NCBI GenBank assembly: GCA_900767835.1 | Contig: CAAGAO010000025.1 | Location: 15,977 to 79,976 of the forward strand | DNA length: 64,000 nt | Reading direction: 5' to 3' | DNA from: Clostridia bacterium | Lineage (GTDB): Bacteria; Bacillota; Clostridia; Christensenellales; UBA1242 | Shown: positions 62,121 to 64,000 of the stretch, piece after piece | Numbering within the stretch: the stretch's first letter is position 1 | Layout: each line of letters opens with the position of its first letter | Notes under the pieces: generated by a model | Seen by the model: the letters and a program-made list of their open reading frames with translations, nothing else | Told to the model about the DNA's origin: nothing | Databases searched by the model: none | Position numbers and translations under genes: made by a program

Positions 62121-62881
62121 TGAAAGAAGAAAATTTAGAAGATATTTATGCCGATAGTTATGGTGTAAAGTTAGAAAATTTTGAAGGACCTATTGCTTTA
62201 TTGCTACATTTGGTAAAAGAGTCAAAAATGGATATAGATGAAATTCATTTGGCTGATATTACTGAACAATATTTAGACTATATTAAAGACGTAGAAAATC
62301 TTGACCTTGAAAGTGCGAGCGAATTTATACAAGTTGCATCTATGCTTATTGAGATTAAATCTAAAGCGATTTTACCAGTAGAAGTTCCAGATGATTTAGA
62401 CGAAGAAATTGACCCTGAAACATATTTAAAACAAAAAATGAAGGAGTATGCCGTATTCCAAGATGCCAGCGTTGCTTTGCAACAAATTGAAGATATTAAT
62501 AAGTTATATAAAGACCCAGATAAAATGGCTGGCAATGTGAAGATAATTTTAAAAGATATGGTTCTAGAAAACCTTTTAGATGCTTTTGCAAATTTATTAT
62601 GTAGAGTTGAAAGGAAACAAGAAGATAAAGAACCTAAAAAGATTGTTAAAGATAGATTTACTGTTGCTGAAAAAATTGTTGCAATTAAAAGTATTATAAG
62701 AGAGCGAAAACATATTAAATTCACCGATTTGTTTGAGGCTGACCATACTAAAAGTGAAATGTTGAATATATTTTTAGCACTATTAGAACTTTTAAAATTA
62801 CAATTCGTTAAAGCAAAACAATCTGAACTGTTTGGCGAAATAGATATATATGAAAACGAGGAAAAAGCAATAAATGAATAA
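62120..62881 (+). CDS. scpA: segregation and condensation protein A
   Basis: ATG 62120 overlaps the M50 stop by 1 nt. FEGPIALLLHLVKE..MDI..I.LA.IT.QYL pattern. Confidence 0.9.
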   Translation: MKEENLEDIYADSYGVKLENFEGPIALLLHLVKESKMDIDEIHLADITEQYLDYIKDVENLDLESASEFIQVASMLIEIKSKAILPVEVPDDLDEEIDPETYLKQKMKEYAVFQDASVALQQIEDINKLYKDPDKMAGNVKIILKDMVLENLLDAFANLLCRVERKQEDKEPKKIVKDRFTVAEKIVAIKSIIRERKHIKFTDLFEADHTKSEMLNIFLALLELLKLQFVKAKQSELFGEIDIYENEEKAINE

Positions 62882-63566
62882 TAATAAAGAAATATTAAAA
62901 GCAACGCTCTTTGTTGCTGGTGAAGGTGTAGAAAAGAGTGTTATTAAAGATAAACTAGAATTAAATGAAAAACAATTTAATAGTGTAGTTGATGAATTAA
63001 AAAAAGAACTATCTGGCGATAGTGGCATTATTCTTATTGAATATAAAAATAAGTTACAACTTTGTACAAATCAAGAGTATGTTGATATTGTAAGTGAAAT
63101 TTTAAATCCAATAAGAGAAAAAGCACTAACTAAAGCGACTTTAGAAACTGTGGCAATTATAGCATATAAACAACCAATAACTAAATTGGAAATTGAAGAA
63201 ATAAGAAATACTCGTTCGGCAGATTATGCTGTTCAAATGTTGTTGGATAATAAATTAATTGAAGTTGTTGGAAGAAAAGACGCCGTAGGCAAGCCTTTTT
63301 TATATGGAACCACTGATGAGTTTTTAAAGAGATTCAACTTAAAAGATATTAAAGATTTGCCATCATATGAAGACTTGTTGGAACGTATTAAATTAATTAG
63401 AGCAGAAACTGAAGTTCAACAAACAACAGACAGTTTATATCGTGACCATGAAATATCTCAAGAAGAAATTGTTCCAGAGTTTTTAAAAGGTGAGGATATT
63501 CAAACTATTGAAAGTGATGAACCTTTACCTGATGTGATTAATATTGATGATGCAAATCAAGAGTAA
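62874..63566 (+). CDS. scpB: segregation and condensation protein B
   Basis: LETVAIIAYKQPITK.EIEEIR and GRKD.VGKPFLYGTT patterns. Overlaps scpA. Confidence 0.9.
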   Translation: MNNNKEILKATLFVAGEGVEKSVIKDKLELNEKQFNSVVDELKKELSGDSGIILIEYKNKLQLCTNQEYVDIVSEILNPIREKALTKATLETVAIIAYKQPITKLEIEEIRNTRSADYAVQMLLDNKLIEVVGRKDAVGKPFLYGTTDEFLKRFNLKDIKDLPSYEDLLERIKLIRAETEVQQTTDSLYRDHEISQEEIVPEFLKGEDIQTIESDEPLPDVINIDDANQE

Positions 63567-63615
63567 ATAATTATAGAACAAGAATATATTTTTAATTTTT
63601 ATACACAATAATAAT

Positions 63616-64000
63616 ATGCAGAGTTTATGGCTTATTATTATTGTGTTTTTTTTGATATTACTAATAGTGCCGATTTTTTCGAATGTTTATGTATATTTTG
63701 ATTTTTTTAACAATTCTGGTAAGGTGTCACTGTCTTTATTTTGCTTTAAAATGTTAAATTATAAAATAAAATTTGAAGACTATAGGTTGATTGTATATAC
63801 AAGTAAAGACCAAAAAGATGTTGAATTACAAGTATCAAAAAAGCAAATGCGATTTCTAAAACAAATGTCAATTCAATTAAAAGAAAAAGTCGTATTAAAA
63901 AACATAAATTTTTTTTCTAGAATCGGTTTGAATGATGCTTTTAACACCGCAGTAGTTTCTGGTAGTATAATCTCGCTAATTTCAGCAATATTTGGCTATA
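63616..64000 (+). CDS. DUF2953-like (YtfI-like) sporulation-associated membrane protein; 3' end outside window
   Basis: ATG 63616 opens a frame that runs to the window end. N-terminal TM segment then ...YVYFDFFNNSGKVSLSLFCFKMLNYKIKF. This position after scpB is typical in Clostridia. Confidence 0.45.
   Translation, partial: MQSLWLIIIVFFLILLIVPIFSNVYVYFDFFNNSGKVSLSLFCFKMLNYKIKFEDYRLIVYTSKDQKDVELQVSKKQMRFLKQMSIQLKEKVVLKNINFFSRIGLNDAFNTAVVSGSIISLISAIFGY

Noticed and set aside
62278-62904. 208-aa ORF on the minus strand
   Set aside because: It is entirely antisense to the well-supported scpA/scpB genes. Its composition is low-complexity (S/I/F/L-rich), it has no RBS and no family resemblance. 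It is a shadow ORF.

Overview
This is a 64-kb chromosomal segment from a very AT-rich, endospore-forming Firmicute (Clostridia-like). About 70 protein genes are present and all but two are on the + strand. Most are conserved housekeeping and sporulation clusters in an order that parallels Bacillus subtilis. In order they are: AcnX pair; feoAB; der-plsY; U32 peptidase; nrdR; two CPBP proteases; rlmH-tadA; yqfC-yqfD-ybeY-era-yqzL-recO; a small accessory patch (GLUG-repeat surface protein, HTH protein, cysteine desulfurase plus DUF3343); polA; M16 peptidase; engB; frr-uppS-cdsA-rseP; a PolC-like exonuclease-only protein; rimP-nusA-ylxR-ylxQ-infB-rbfA-nrnA-truB; efp; spoIIIAA-AH; asp23-nusB-xseA-xseB-proS; argR-recN-spoIVB; punA; a DD-carboxypeptidase; an M50 protease; scpA-scpB. 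No rRNA, tRNA, CRISPR array, IS element or prophage was seen. The main non-coding signals are three. (1) An ORF-free, promoter-equipped structured region of about 575 nt sits between proS and a 4-TM protein gene, in the xseAB...argR-recN neighbourhood; this fits the known OLE RNA / OapA pair. (2) A family of 80-90-nt nested-hairpin ('closed cloverleaf') elements has 3 copies in both orientations, with compensatory stem changes; I cannot assign it to a known class. (3) A second repeat family (core CTGTCAGGGGAG, 3 copies) lies next to a repeat-rich convergent spacer downstream of recO. All family assignments come from motif recognition and synteny by eye. No database search was run.
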